A stretch of 64,000 nt of DNA from Octopus sinensis. Lineage: Eukaryota. The stretch is taken from assembly GCF_006345805.1 (NCBI RefSeq), contig NC_042998.1:61442001-61506000 (forward strand), in the 5' to 3' direction. Under the pieces are notes generated by a model, which made no database searches, was not told the origin of the DNA, and was given only the letters and a program-made list of their open reading frames with translations. Of the stretch, positions 1-64,000 are shown one piece after another. Made by a program: the position numbers and the translations under genes. The stretch's first letter is position 1, and every line of letters starts with the position of its first letter.

Positions 1-280
1 AAGTTTCTACAACTGGATGCCCTTCCTAACGCCAACCACTCTGAGAGTGCAGTATTTGCTTTTTATGATTCACTGGCACAGGGGCCAGTCAGGTAGTACT
101 GACATCGGCAATGCTCAATGGTGCTTTTTACATGCCACGGGCATGGGATCCAGTCAGGTGGTACTGGCAATAACCATGCTCAAATGGTGCTTTTTACATG
201 CCACTGGCATGGGAGCCAGTCAGACAGCACTGGCAACGACCACGCTCGAATGGTGCTTTTTACGTGCCACTGGCACTAGT
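1..280 (-). mobile_element. Fragment of RTE-LINE 3' UTR with diverged ~57-bp tandem units
   Basis: ctggatgcccttcctaacgccaaccact followed by units ending atggtgctttttacatgccac, as at 10473-11020 and 22251-22800. Confidence 0.7.
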
Positions 281-748
281 ATTTATTCTGTATGGGTAGT
301 TTAGAGCAGTCTACTGAAGAACGACTTGCTCAGGGTCGCTTGCTGTGATGTAGTACTGTGTACTCTGGAGTGCAGAACTCTGAGTCAGAAATGATCAGAG
401 AAGCTAAAAAGAGGACAACTGCACAGAAATCCCACTGGCTTCTGATTCTGCTGTTACAAACCCCCTTTGTAACCATTGATTTAATTGCTAAAATGGGCCT
501 AAAGTCACCTCAGGACTCACAAAGTGCAAAGCTGATAACCTGATGCTCTTCAGAGACATAAACAATGACCCTGATAATAATAATAATGTATTTCATTATG
601 AAATATGAAAGGTGAAGTGCACATCGGCAGGACTTCAATACAGAACTTAAAGGTATGTTGCTAAATATTGCAAATGATTTTGGCCATATCATTATCCTAC
701 AAAATGAGGCTAGTAAACATAAAGTAACAACGAAAGGAAAGAAAATTT

Positions 749-51658
<50,910 letters not shown>

Positions 51659-53307
51659 CTGAAATATAAAAATAGTTCATAAGTAATTGTATATATGAGA
51701 ATTATGGAAATTTATGATTAAATATTAAATATTCTTTTCTACTCTAGACACAAGGCTCCAAATTTTTGGGGAGGGGCCAGTTGATTAGATTGACCTCAGT
51801 ACGCATCTGGTACTTAATTTATCGACCCTGAAAGCATGAAAGGCAAAGCCAACCTTGGCAGGATTTGAACTCAGCACATAAAGACAGACAAAACACCACC
51901 AAGCATTTCGCCTGGCATGCTAACATTACTGCCAGCCCACTACCTTGATGAGATACTAAAAATTATGGTTAAATAATTACATTTATCATATGATATAAAA
52001 CAAATGAGGAGACATTTATTCAAAATGAGAAACTGTGAAGACTAATAACAGTAACAGGCATAGTACTGGATGAAGCCAATAGTCTACTCTGGAAAATATC
52101 TATTCTGTCAATTGTTGTTGTTAATTGTACCATAGTTTCTTAAACCACATTTTGTTAATATTTTCTTGCTTGCTGACTTCATATTTTACAGCATTAATTA
52201 ACTGCTACAGCTTTGTTTTCAAACATATTGCATTAATAATGTTCAAGTTTTATCTTTTTAATTAAGGATTTTTCATATTTCCTTAAAAGTCATTGATGTT
52301 TGTTTCAGAACAATTATATTCCTGAATCCGTTAGGCTGATCTTTCAGGAACTTCTCAATCACATTTTCTTATAAGCTGTTGTAAAACCACACTGATGGCA
52401 GATACCAGTGTCATGTAAAAGGCACCCATGCCAGTTGCACATAAAAGCACCCAATACACTCTCAGAGTAGTTAGTCTGGTGTAGCCTCCCAGTTTGTCAG
52501 CCCTGGTCAAACTATTCAGATTATTCAGCAGTGAGTTACAGAATTTTATTGCTCATAAATTCCAAACGTTGGATTTAAATAAGAAAACAGTAAATCCTGG
52601 TATCTTTCAAAATAACATATATTTCTATGTTTAATTTAGTTTATTATACCACCATTATTAATACACCATGGTTATTTTTCTCTTTTTTTGTTATATTCTA
52701 CATAAAGTTTTACTTTTGTCAATTATAGGTGCAGGCATGGCTGTGTATTAAGATGCTTGCTTCCCAACCACATGGTTCTGGGTTCAGTCCCACTGCTGGG
52801 CAACTTGGCAACTGTCTTTTTCTATAACCTCCGGTTAACCAAAGTATGGTGATGATTTATTGGTAGATGGAAACTGAAAGAAGTCTGCCATATATCATAT
52901 ATACTTTCTTTTACTTGTTTCAGTCATTTGACTGCGGCCATGCTGGAGCACCGCCTTTAGTCGAGCAAATCGACCCCGGGACTTATTCTTTGTAAGCCCA
53001 GTACTTATTCTATCGGTCTGTTTTGCCGAACCGCTAAGTGACGGGGACTTAAACACACCAGCATCGGTTCTCAAGCAATGCTAGGGGGACAAACACAGAC
53101 ACACAAATATATATATATATATACATATATACGACAGGCTTCTTTCAGTTTCCATCTACCAAATCCACTCACAAGGCTTTGGTCGGCCCGGGGCTATAGC
53201 AGAAGACACTTGCCCAAGATGCCACGCAGTGGGACTGAACCCGGAACCATGTGGTTGGTTAGCAAGCTACTTACCACACAGCCACTCCTGTGCCTATACA
53301 TATATTT

Positions 53308-53343
<36 letters not shown>

Positions 53344-53884
53344 TATATGTATGTAGGTGTGTGTTCATGTCTATGTTTGTCCCCTCCACCACTTGACAAC
53401 CAGTGTTCATGCGTTTACGAGCTCATTACTTAACAGTTCAGCAAAAGAGATTGAGAGAATAAGTATCAAGCATAAAGAAAAAAGTCCTGGGCTTGATTCA
53501 TTTGACTAAAATTCTTCAAGGTGATGCTCCAGCATGGCCAAAGTCTAATGACTGAAAAAATAAAAGGTGAAAGATTCAGTCAAAAGCTCACCTAATCACC
53601 AACATAGAATAGATTACAATAAGGGTGATTATAATTTCAAATTCGAAGGAATCTGTTTGACAAAATGACTGCCCTTTGAGAAATACAATGAAAAAATAGT
53701 CAATGAGTTAATTAAAATTGATTACAATAAACCATGATAGTGTAATAAGAGTATTTATCAATTAAAACCTTGGTTTAGCTTACAAAAAAATTGGCAAAAA
53801 TCATTTTAGGAAACATAGATCAGGTAAAAAAAAAACATGCTGAATATAAATAAATGAAATATATAAACTTATAAAATGTGTTAT

Positions 53885-54440
53885 GGGACAGGAGAGATTG
53901 AGAGAAGAGTATATAGAGGAAGAGGGGGAGAGAGAAGAAGGGGAGAGAAAGAGAGGGAGGGAGTGAAGTGAAGGAGAGAGAGGGAGAGGGAAGGAGGGAA
54001 GTGAAGGAGAGAGAGGGAGAGGCGAGGGGGAATGAGAAGGAATAGAGAGAAGGAGAGAGGGGGAACGAGAAGAGAGAGAGAGAGAAGGCGGAGAGAGGAG
54101 AGGGCAAATGAGAAGGAGGGGAGAGAGGGGGAATGTGAAGGAGGGGAGAGAAGGAGAGGGAGGGAGAGAGAAGGAGGGAGAGAAGGCAGAGAGAGGAGAG
54201 GGGAATGAGAAGGGGAGAGATGGAGGGGGAGAGAGAAAGAAGGGAAAGAGTGGTAGAGGATAGGAGCAGAGTGGAAAGAGAGGGAGAGAGGGAGAGGGAA
54301 GAGAAGGAGAGGGGGAATGAGAAGGAGGGGAGAGAAGGTGGAGAGAGGAGAGGGGAATGAGGAGGGGAGAGGCAAGGAGGGGAGAGAAGGAGAGGGACAG
54401 AGAGAGAAAGCAGAGAGAGGAGAGAGGGAGAAAGAGAGAA
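53885..54440. repeat. Polypurine (GA-rich) tract of about 550 bp
   Basis: Almost pure G/A with recurring gaggggaatgagaagg sub-units. Confidence 0.9.
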
Positions 54441-54590
54441 ATGGTTGAAAGAACAGAGATACAGCGGTTAGATTAGATAGAGGGAATTAAATAAGGGAAA
54501 TGGAAAAATTGAAGATGGAGGTGGAGGTGTGGTGATTAAAGTGATGGGGTAAACATTACAACACAGTTGTTAATTCTCCTATGTTACATA

Positions 54591-56625
54591 TCATCATCAT
54601 CATCATCATCATCGTTTAACGTCCATTCTCCATGCTAGCATGGGTTGGACGGTTCGACCGGGGATCTGGGAAGCCAGAAGGCTGCACCAGGCTCCAGTCT
54701 TATCTGGCAAATGTTTCTACAGCTGGATGCCCTTCCTAACGCCAACCACTCCGTGAGTGTAGTGGGTGCTTTTTACGTGCCACCTGCATATAATATAATA
54801 TATACAAAATGGGGGCACAGGCACAATTGGCTGAATTCAACAAACATAGTTTTAAATCATCATCATCATCATCATCGTTTAACGTCCGCTTTCCATGCTA
54901 GCATGGGTTGGACGGTTCAACTCGGGTCTGGCAAGCCCGAAGGCTACACCAGGCCAGTCAGATCTGGCAGTGTTTCTACAGCTGGATGCCCTTCCTAACG
55001 CCAACCACTCCGAGAGTGTAGTGGGTGATTTTATGTGCCACCGACACAGGTGCCAGACGAGGCTGGCAGACGGCCATGCTCGGATGGTGTTTTTTATGTG
55101 CCACCGACACAGGTGCCAGACGAGGCTGGCAGACGGCCACGCTCGGATGGTGTTTTTTTATGTGCCACCGACACAGGTGCCAGACGAGGCTGGCAGACTG
55201 CCACGCTCGGATATGGTGTTTTCGGTGTTTTTCTTATGTGCCACCAATACAGGTGCCAGACGAGGCTGGCAAACGGCTACGATCGGACGGTGTTTGTTAC
55301 GTGCCCATGGCACGGAGGCCAGTCGATGCGGTACTGGCTACGGTCCCGTTCGGATGGTTTTCTTATGTGCCACCGGCACTGGTACCACAGGGATACAAAT
55401 TCCATTGATGTTCATCTATTTTGATTTGGTTTGACTTGATTCGATTTGACACATCCATCGGAGCATACTGGCTTCATTCCTCAAGAGCTTACACATGTCC
55501 TCAGCAGTCACGGCCCATGTTTCACTGCCATGTAGCATGGCAGTTCGAACACATGCATCATACAGTCTGCCCTTTACTCTGAGCGAGAGGCCTTTAGTCA
55601 CCAGCAGAGGTAAGAGCTCCCTAAACTTTGCCCAGGCTATTCTTATTCTAGCAGTTACACTCTCAGCACACCCACCCCCACTACTGACTTGGTCACCTAG
55701 ATAACGGAAGCTATCAACTACTTCTAATTTTTCCCCCTGGAAAGTGACGGAAGTTGTTTTCTGCAGATTTTCGGAGGTCAATGCTCCCGAGCATCTGCCA
55801 CATATAAAAACTATCTTCCCAGTTAGCCTACCTTTGACATTGCTGCACCTCTTATGTGTCCATAGCTTACACTGGGTACATCTTATAGAGTTTCTACCTA
55901 CACCTTTTCTACAGATCGAGCAGGGCCATCTTCCTGAGGACATTTGTGGATTGCCTACCTTTCTACTTATTAGTACTTTGGTTTTAGCTAGGTTGACTCT
56001 AAGGCCCCTCGCTTCTAAACCCTCCTTCCACACCTGGAACTTCTCCTCCAGTTCTGATAGTGACTCAGCAATTAGAGCGAGGTCGTCAGCATAGAGGAGC
56101 TCCCAGGGGCAACCTGTCTTGAATTCCTCCACAATTGCCTGGAGGACTATGATAAATAGGAGGGGGCTGAGGACTGAACCCTGGTGGACCCCAACCTCTA
56201 CTTTGAATTCTTCTGTGTACATGTTGCCAACCCTAACCTTGCTTACGGCATCTCTGTACATGGCTTGCACAGCCCTCACCAGCCATTCATCTATCCCTAG
56301 TTTCCTCATTGACCACCAGATGAGGGATCGGGGGACCCTATCAAAGGCTTTCTCCATCTCAACGAAAGCCAGGTACAGGGGCTTATCTTTGGCTAGGTAT
56401 TTCTCCTGCAGCTGCCTTACCAGGAATATAGCATCAGTGGTGCTTTTCCCTGGCACAAACCCAAACTGCATCTCATCTAAACTAACTCTCTCTCTAATTA
56501 GTTGGGCTATGACCCTCTCCGTAACCTTCATTACCTGATCCAACAGCTTGATACCTCTGTAATTATTTGTATCTAGGGCATCACCTTTACCTTTGTAGCA
56601 GTTGACTAGTACGCTGCTACACCAG
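54591..56625 (-). mobile_element. RTE-clade LINE fragment with internal deletion and duplicated 3' tail
   Basis: ORF 55416..56543 is near-identical to 22808..24850 but has YADD. It fuses directly to the 3' UTR at about 55448, and there are two (GAT)n-tailed ends at 54591 and 54857. Confidence 0.9.
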
Positions 56626-56748
56626 CGTACTAAATGAGAAATACAAAGATGGAGATGGCTTGGAACTAGGGCAATAAAGATACAATGTTTATTAATGAAT
56701 TTAAAATTTCTAGAATCAACAATGTAAAGATAGAAAAGTATTATTATT

Positions 56749-58403
56749 CACCTTCAAAATAAGCGCAACTATGCCTCCCCTGGTCTTGATGGCGTTACAT
56801 ACCTGCTTCTCAAACGTGGCAGGTACTTCCTTTTACACCAGCTTTCTATTTTTTTCCAGTACTGTCTCAACAATGGTGCTACTCCAGAGCAGTGGAAAAC
56901 TGCCAGTGTCATTCCTCTGTTCAAAAAGGGCGACTGCACATCACCTGTCAACTATCGGCCAGTCAGTCTCACTAGCTGTATTGCAAAACTGATGGAATCG
57001 TGTGTCAGAGAAACACTTTGGAACTTCTGGAGCTCTCAGTCTCATCCGACCCTCACAATATGGATTTGTCCCTAACTCCAGCTGCAGTGATCAGCTTGTC
57101 GAGTTCCTTGAGGACATTGCTCAGATCACTGACAGTGGCTCATGGGTGGATGTTGTCTACCTTGACTTTGCTAAGGCTTTTAATTCTGTGCCACACAAAA
57201 GGCTTATGGTGAAACTCTCTGCAATGGGTTTGAGGGATAATCTTTTTAACTGGTTGAAATCCTTCATTCTCAGCTGAAAGGAGGTAGTCACAGTTCTAGG
57301 ACAGCATTCTACACCATATGAGATGTCATCGGATGTACCACAGGGATCTGTTCTTGGTCCCCTCTTGTTTGTGGCATACATTAATGACATAGATGCCAAT
57401 TTAAAGAATGCCACAGTATTGAAATATGCAGATGACATCAAGCTGTACCTTGAAATCAAGAGGATAGATCCTGTTGTTTACAGCTCTTTCCTGCAATCAG
57501 ACCTGGACACAATGCAGCAATGGATCACAGACTGGCAACTGAAACTGGCTGTGGACAAGTGTACCACCATGCATTTTGGGAGAAAAAACCCTGCGTCCAC
57601 ATACTCCCTCCGCAACACTGATATCAAGAAATCCTCTTGCGAGCGTGACCTAGGCATCACTGTCAGGAGTGATTTGCGTTGGACAAAGCATATCTCTAAA
57701 ATTGTCAAGAAGGCCAAGGGTGTCTTGGCATCACTCAGCAAGACTTTTGTTAGCCGCTCTCCAGCCATCTATTTAAAGCTGTATACAGCTATGGTACGAT
57801 CACACTTGGAATTCGCATCATCAGTTTGGAACCCCTGTCTTGCTCAGAACATTGACCTCCTGAAATCTGTTCAGAGACGTGCAACCAAACGCATACCCTC
57901 CATCAGACACCTACCATACTCTGAGCACCTTGTTTCCCTGGGCATGGATTCACTGAAGCTCTGGCATCTGGCGATGGACTTGGTAAACACCCACAAAGTT
58001 ATCAACCACCTCACCAACAACAACACTGAACACCTTTTTGATCTCCATGTTTCCAACACACGTGGACATGCCTACAAAGTCAGAAAACTGCACAGCTCCC
58101 ATGACTTTCGGAAACATTTTTTCATGCTCAGAGTTGCTGAAGCATGGAACAAACTGCCTGCGTCAGTTGTTGACTGCCATGACACTGCATCCTTTAAGGC
58201 CTTCATGCTTTCCGAAATCCGCCAAAACTACACCTGATTGCCCCCCTTCCATACTCATACACATATGTGTATGTCATGACTCATGCACTGTTCTTTTCCT
58301 GACGCTTGTACATTACCCTATGTACTATACATACACTTTAGATGAGTTGTAGTGCACCTGAGCACTGTACACAATGTTTTATTATTATTATTATTATTAT
58401 TAT
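56749..58403 (+). mobile_element. 5'-truncated CR1-clade LINE, same family as 45770-48720 in opposite orientation
   Basis: ORF 57323..58237 (PQGSVLGP, YADD) closely matches 45817..46758. (TTA)n tail. Confidence 0.92.
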
Positions 58404-59480
58404 TGAGTGAGAGAGCAGTGCATGCCATCAAAGTGACACTGGGATAAAATATTCAAAGCCCAGTATACCCATCATGACCACCCATCTGATAAGGGTATAC
58501 CAGGCACATGCTTCACAACCATATGTGAACGACATGGTGATCTCATATCAAGATAAACAGCACATGACCTTGCTGGTGGGGCCCTGTTAGAATTTTCTTC
58601 TGGTCGAGTAACCCATCCCGCTCAAAAGTCCCTGAATAAGAGTTGTTTAAGGATGTTGAATGAACTACCCATGTTTCCAGAGGTGAATTATTCAAACCCT
58701 AAAGAATCCCTCTCAACACATGGCTATGATGCTCCCCCACTACTTCTCCTTGTGGTCAGAGATGCACATATCATCAGGTCAAACAAATGACAAACAAATC
58801 TGTGGTATTGAGCAGAATATTTGCTGTAACCCAAGACAAAACAATGTACATTATAACACTTCCAACCAGTTAAGATAAGAAGCCATGAGAGCCACTGCCT
58901 GGTACTGCATCAGGCATTATTATTATTATTATTATTGAGTGAGCGAGCAGTGCATGCCATCAAAGTGACATTGGGGTAAAATACACGAAGCCCAGTATAC
59001 CCATCATGACTACCCGTCTGATAAGGGTACACCAGGCACATGCATCACAACCATATGTACGCGACATAGTGATCACATATCAAGATAAACAGCGAATGAC
59101 CTTGCAGGTGGGGCCCAGTTAGAATTTTCTTCTGGTCGAGTAGCCCATCCCACTCAAAAGGTCCCTGAATAAGGATTGTTTAAGGATGTTGAACGAACCA
59201 CCCATGTTTCCAAAGGTGAATTATCCAAACCTCTAAGAATTCCATTCAACACACAGCTATGATGTTCCCCTACTACTTCTGCTCGTGATCAGAGATGCAC
59301 ATATCGTCAGCCACTAAGGAACTTGGTCAACTGGTTAACGTCAAACAACTAACAAGCAAGTCTGTGGTATTGAGCAGAATATTTGCTGTAGCCCATCTTT
59401 TATACCAAGACAAAATAATGTACATGATAACACTTCCAATCAGTTAAGATCAGGAGCCATGAGAGCCACTGCCTGGTATT
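58404..59480. repeat. Two tandem ~520-bp elements separated by (TTA)n; third copy at about 61688-62100
   Basis: gagtgagmgagcagtgcatgccatcaaagtgaca...agccatgagagccactgcctggta at 58404-58915 and 58936-59478. Confidence 0.85.
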
Positions 59481-60269
59481 ATCAAGGTGACAACCTGACA
59501 GAATCATTAGCATGCCAGGCAAAATGCTTAATGGCATTTTGTCCATCTTCACATTCTGAATCCAAATTCTGCCTAGGTTGACTCTGTCTTTCACCTTTCA
59601 GGAACAATAAAATAGGTACCAGTTGAGCCCTGGGGTCAATATAATCAACATATCCTTCTCCTGAAATACTAGCATTGTGCCAAAATTTGAAATATTTATT
59701 ATTATTATTATTATTGTCGGCGGTGGCGATGTCTTCATCATCATCATTATTATTCTGGCACCCAGAATGCTGTCAGACACTCACAACCCTCTACCAGTTG
59801 GGCAATGGGATTGGTGCATATTCCGCCTAAGCAATTCATAGATGATTAGTGGTAGGGAAGTGTGATGACATTCTCGGGGATGCTCTGGGCCTTGATGAAA
59901 ACCAACTGGCTAGTCTGTCCTGGAGGATTTTCCAGTTGGGAACCATCATGAATAATTCCCAGTGTCCTTGACCTGGTGGTGCTACTGGTTCGAGATGAAC
60001 TTGTTCAGTGTCCAGCTGTTGCTGACTTGTGAGGTTATATTGAACAGCTGCTATAACATGTAGAATGGATCCATCTATCAGCTGAGTGATGATTACCCTG
60101 TTGCCCTCCTTTAATCAGACAGGCAAGGCAGTTTTCCTTTGCCCAGTGACTGTGGCAAAAGAGGTTTTCTAGTGGACAAGGTTGAAAGGCATGAAGACAA
60201 ATACATTCCTCTTTGGTATGGCCTCATCGACTTGTGGCCAAATCTTGGTCTTGCACTGCCAATATAATG

Positions 60270-61650
60270 CTCTCAGTCTTTTTTTTCAGTGTCCCTTTCT
60301 TCAGCCAATCCCACCTGTATTTTCCAGCAACTTAAGTTGTGGCTATATAGAGTTGATTGTGTAGTCCCTTGCTGTGTAATGCTTCTTCGTGTCCTGTTTG
60401 TACTCCTTCCATTGTTTCTCCTTTTTTTTCTTACTTTGGGACAGGTATCTCAATAAGCTCCCATGTGTGATATGTACGCAGTCCTCCACACTTATCAATT
60501 CTGTTTTCCCATTCGCTCCCTTCATATATAGGTGATCAGTGGTAGGCACCATGCATCATTAAGAGCTTTCTTGTCAACCTATCCAACTCCTTTTGCTCAT
60601 CCTATTATTATTATTATTATTATTATGATTATTATTATTATGATTATTATCATTACCATCATCATCATCATCATCATCATCATTATTGTTTTACTTCTCA
60701 GAATGTTTGGTCTTGTTTTTTTCTGGTAGATTCTGTCAGAGCAGGCAGCAGCCTGCTGTTAGAGATCTCACAGAGTCTCTTTCCATGCATTATAAGTTTT
60801 GATACTTGGTTGTTGATTATCAGGGGACACATTCAGCATCCAAGTACCAATCTCAAAATCCTAGCTTTCCCCCAGCAGAGCAGTGTTTTGGGTTTGCTCT
60901 GCTCTCATGTCACTTCCAATTTCTCTGACATATTTCTTGAACTTGGTTGTTAGTGCTTTGAGTGACCCTACAACAACTGAAAAGTGAGACACTCTCCTCA
61001 TAGTCTCCACATTCTTGCAATTTCATCTTCTGGTAGTCAGTACTTTTCAAGTTTTTCTAGTTCTTTGTCACTTATGCTTTCATTTCCAGGTATTGCAATA
61101 TCTATGATCTTGGTTTCCTTTTTTCCTTTATCTACAACAATATCTGGTCTCTGAGCCTTGATTAGGGACTCACATTGGATTGTAAAATCCTACAGTGTCT
61201 TATGTTCTTTGTTCTCCGTGCCACTTTCTGGTTCATGTTCATACCATTCCTGTGTTCTGCTCAAGCCGTACTTTTCCCATAGCCTCCAGTGGATGAACTC
61301 AGCCATGTTATTGTGCCTCCTTTTGAAGTGTTTTTAGGCCAGCTTGCTACTCTCACTCACAATATATCAGATTGTTTCATTTCTCCTGCAACACATCCTA
61401 CAAAGGAGTGATTCACTACTCTTATCTATTTGGAACTTTGTGTAGTTAGTTCTCAGAGCTTGTTCCTGTGCACTGCATATCAATGCCTCAGTGCATCCTT
61501 TCAGATAACTTTTTCTTAGCCATCTCCAAGTGTTGATCTTGTCTTCTCTTTCAATTTCTCTGAGGTATTTCCCTTGCAGTGGTTTCATTTTCCAGTTGTT
61601 TATTCTTTCTTCTTCATCTTTTTTCTTAAATCTTTGTGGGTGGAGTATTA
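60270..61650 (-). mobile_element. Degraded R4/Dong-like non-LTR element 3' part (CCHC finger and REL region)
   Basis: KPLQGKYLR...TWRWL...TEALICSAQEQALRTN...CRMC...ETI is typical of the pre-REL region. It lies among (TTA)/(TCA)n runs. Confidence 0.7.
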
Positions 61651-62415
61651 TTTTCGTCATCATCATCATCATCATCATTATTATTATTGAGTGAGAGAGC
61701 AGGTAAAATATACGAAGCCCAGTAATACCCATCATGACTACCCATCAGATAAGAGTATACCAAGCACATACATCACAACCATATGTGTGCATCATGGTGA
61801 TTCCATATCAAGATAACAGCACATGACCTTGCTGGTGGGGCCCAGTTAGAATTTTCTTCAAATTGAGTAGCCCATCACACTCAAAAGGTCCCTGAATAAG
61901 GGTGTTGAAACACCTAAGATTCCAGAGGTGAATTATTCAAACCCCAAATAATTCCTCTCAAAATATGGCTATGATGTTCCCCCACTACTTCTGCTTGTGA
62001 TCAGAGATGCACATATCATCAGCAACTTAGGGACATATTCAAATGGTTAAGGTCAAACAACTGACAAGCAAATCTGTGGTATTGAGCAGAATATTATTAT
62101 TATTATTTAAAACAGTTTGATTCGGTCCCACGCAACTAAATGTTTTGTAAGTGTCTTACACAAACGTAACTCATTAGACTCTGTTAATTGCATGGGGGAG
62201 TACAAGAATTCCGAGATGGGTACTGGAAAATAGGCTGCCATTGATCAAGACGGGTCACATGAGATCAACATTTTGGTAACATCAGATGCCAGTGACATGT
62301 AAAAGACACCCACTACACTCTTGGATTGTTTGACATAAAGGAGAAACCAAGTCAAAATCAGGCTGGAGCCTGGTGCAACGCTCCGGCTTACCAGTTCCAA
62401 TTAAACTGTCTAACC

Positions 62416-62748
62416 CAGAGTTTCTCAACCATTTTTAATCTATGGACCCCTTTTAAATACTATTTTAGTCTGGTGGACCCCATAATCATTCAATGTTTTA
62501 AAACTAGTTTTATAGAAACTTTATTCAAAATTCCTATTTTGTTTTTCACACATTCCCATCTGTAGGTTGAACTATGTAAAATGTTAGAGAAAGAATCCTG
62601 GCTGTTTCTTGAAATACCTACCAGTACATATAACTAGAGCAAAATTTTTTCAGGGGCCCTTAAAATACTATTGTGGATCCTCAATTTACTATTTTGTTGC
62701 GTCATGCTCCATAAAATTCTTACATATGGACCCCTTGGAGAACCACTG
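62416..62748. mobile_element. hAT-type MITE inserted in an RTE 3'-tail remnant
   Basis: Ends cagagtttctcaa / ggagaaccactg with an exact 8-bp target duplication GTCTAACC at 62408-62415 and 62749-62756. Confidence 0.8.
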
Positions 62749-64000
62749 GTCTAACCTATGCCAGCATGGAAAACGGACGCTAAATGATGATGATGATGTC
62801 TGCAACATGTAGACCTCAGTATTATTGAAATCAGAGGATTATATCAATTTTTTTTATAATTTTCATATATTTTATGTATATATTTAAAAAAATATTTTAA
62901 AATCTTATTTAGAATTTCAATGTTAATATTCCAATGTTTGTAATGTTTGATTTTTAATCTTTCAATATTTAAAAATATTTAATTTTTTGAATTATAAATT
63001 TTTCGTGTATGATTTTTAACTTTGCCATTAGATTCTTTTGTTCGAAATTTTTTATTTTTAATCTAAGGCTTTACTTTTCGATTTTATAATTCTTAAATTT
63101 TTATCTTAACTTGACAACCTTTACGCATTCATAACAATTTTTAACAATAATCTCATAATTAAGTCTAGCCGAGTTGTTCCCCCTGAATAGATAATCGCTT
63201 TGGTTACATATTTGGATAATATTAGCAGCTTTCTTCTCTCACTATCGTTGATGAACGGTGACACATCCGTTGATTACCCATTGGAAATCGGTCCATATCT
63301 GTGGCTGCTGAGTTCTCTATGTTTGTATTTAATATTGGTTTCAGCAGAGTAAGTAAATCGATTACATCAACTTTAGTACTCGACCGCTACTTATTTTATC
63401 GATACCGAAACGATTAAAGGCAAAATCGACCTCGACAGAATTTGAACTCAGAACATAAAGACCGATGAAATATCGCTAAATATTTTGTCCGGCGTGCTAA
63501 TGATTGTGCCAGCTCGTTGCTTTATGTATTTTTGAGTTCAAATTCCGCCGAGGTTGACTTCACCTGTCATCTTTTCGGGGTCGATAAAATAAGTACCAGT
63601 TGAGCACTGGGATCGATGTCATCGGACTATTCTCTCCCCCGATATTGCTAGCCTACTGCCAAAATTTGAAATCAATATTACATATGTATGGAGGTGGCGA
63701 GCTAGCAGATTCGTTAGCATGCCGGGCGAAATGCTTAGCGGCATTTCGTCCGTCATTGCGTTCAGAGATTTGGTTCTGCCGGCATCGACTTTGCCTTTCA
63801 TCCTTTTGAGGTCGATGAAACAAGTATCAGTTAAACATGGGTCGATGTAATCGACTTTCTCCCTCCCCCGAAATTGCTGGCCTTGTGCCAAAATTTGAAA
63901 TCAATACTCCGTGTGTGTGTGTGTGTTAACATTATTGTAATAAAGTGTTTCCCTGAAGAACCGTTGTATATTTTCATCCAAATCCATTGAGATCAAGGTT

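Noticed and set aside
521-570. Possible downstream exon (attatcAG...GTGAGT) after the LRRCT exon
   Set aside because: Phase-1 translation RSLFMSLKSIRLSALHF has no recognisable domain or TM character and the acceptor is poor. Unsupported without RNA data.

Overview
AT-rich, microsatellite- and transposon-dense eukaryotic DNA. The SINE/LINE families and repeat style suggest a cephalopod (octopus-like) genome; this is inference. The ORF track shows almost only transposon ORFs and noise. Reading the minus strand for splice sites reveals a hidden gene spanning about 749-51658: twenty 72-nt, phase 2-2 exons, each encoding one 24-aa leucine-rich repeat, followed by an exon with an LRR C-terminal cysteine cap (LRRCT). 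All exons have AG/GT boundaries and join into one stop-free frame. The LRR exons follow a period-4 order (classes H-W-S-Y, about 4.75 turns), sit in homologous intronic flanks, and were expanded by a duplication plus deletion that kept the 4-exon register. The 5' end of the gene was not found and probably lies beyond 64000. The introns hold RTE, CR1 and R4/Dong-like LINEs, a full-length frameshifted mariner, MITE/foldback elements, tRNA-derived SINEs and Penelope-like remnants with at least three minimal hammerhead ribozyme motifs, all on the gene's sense strand. Exon coordinates were counted by hand; transposon boundaries are approximate.
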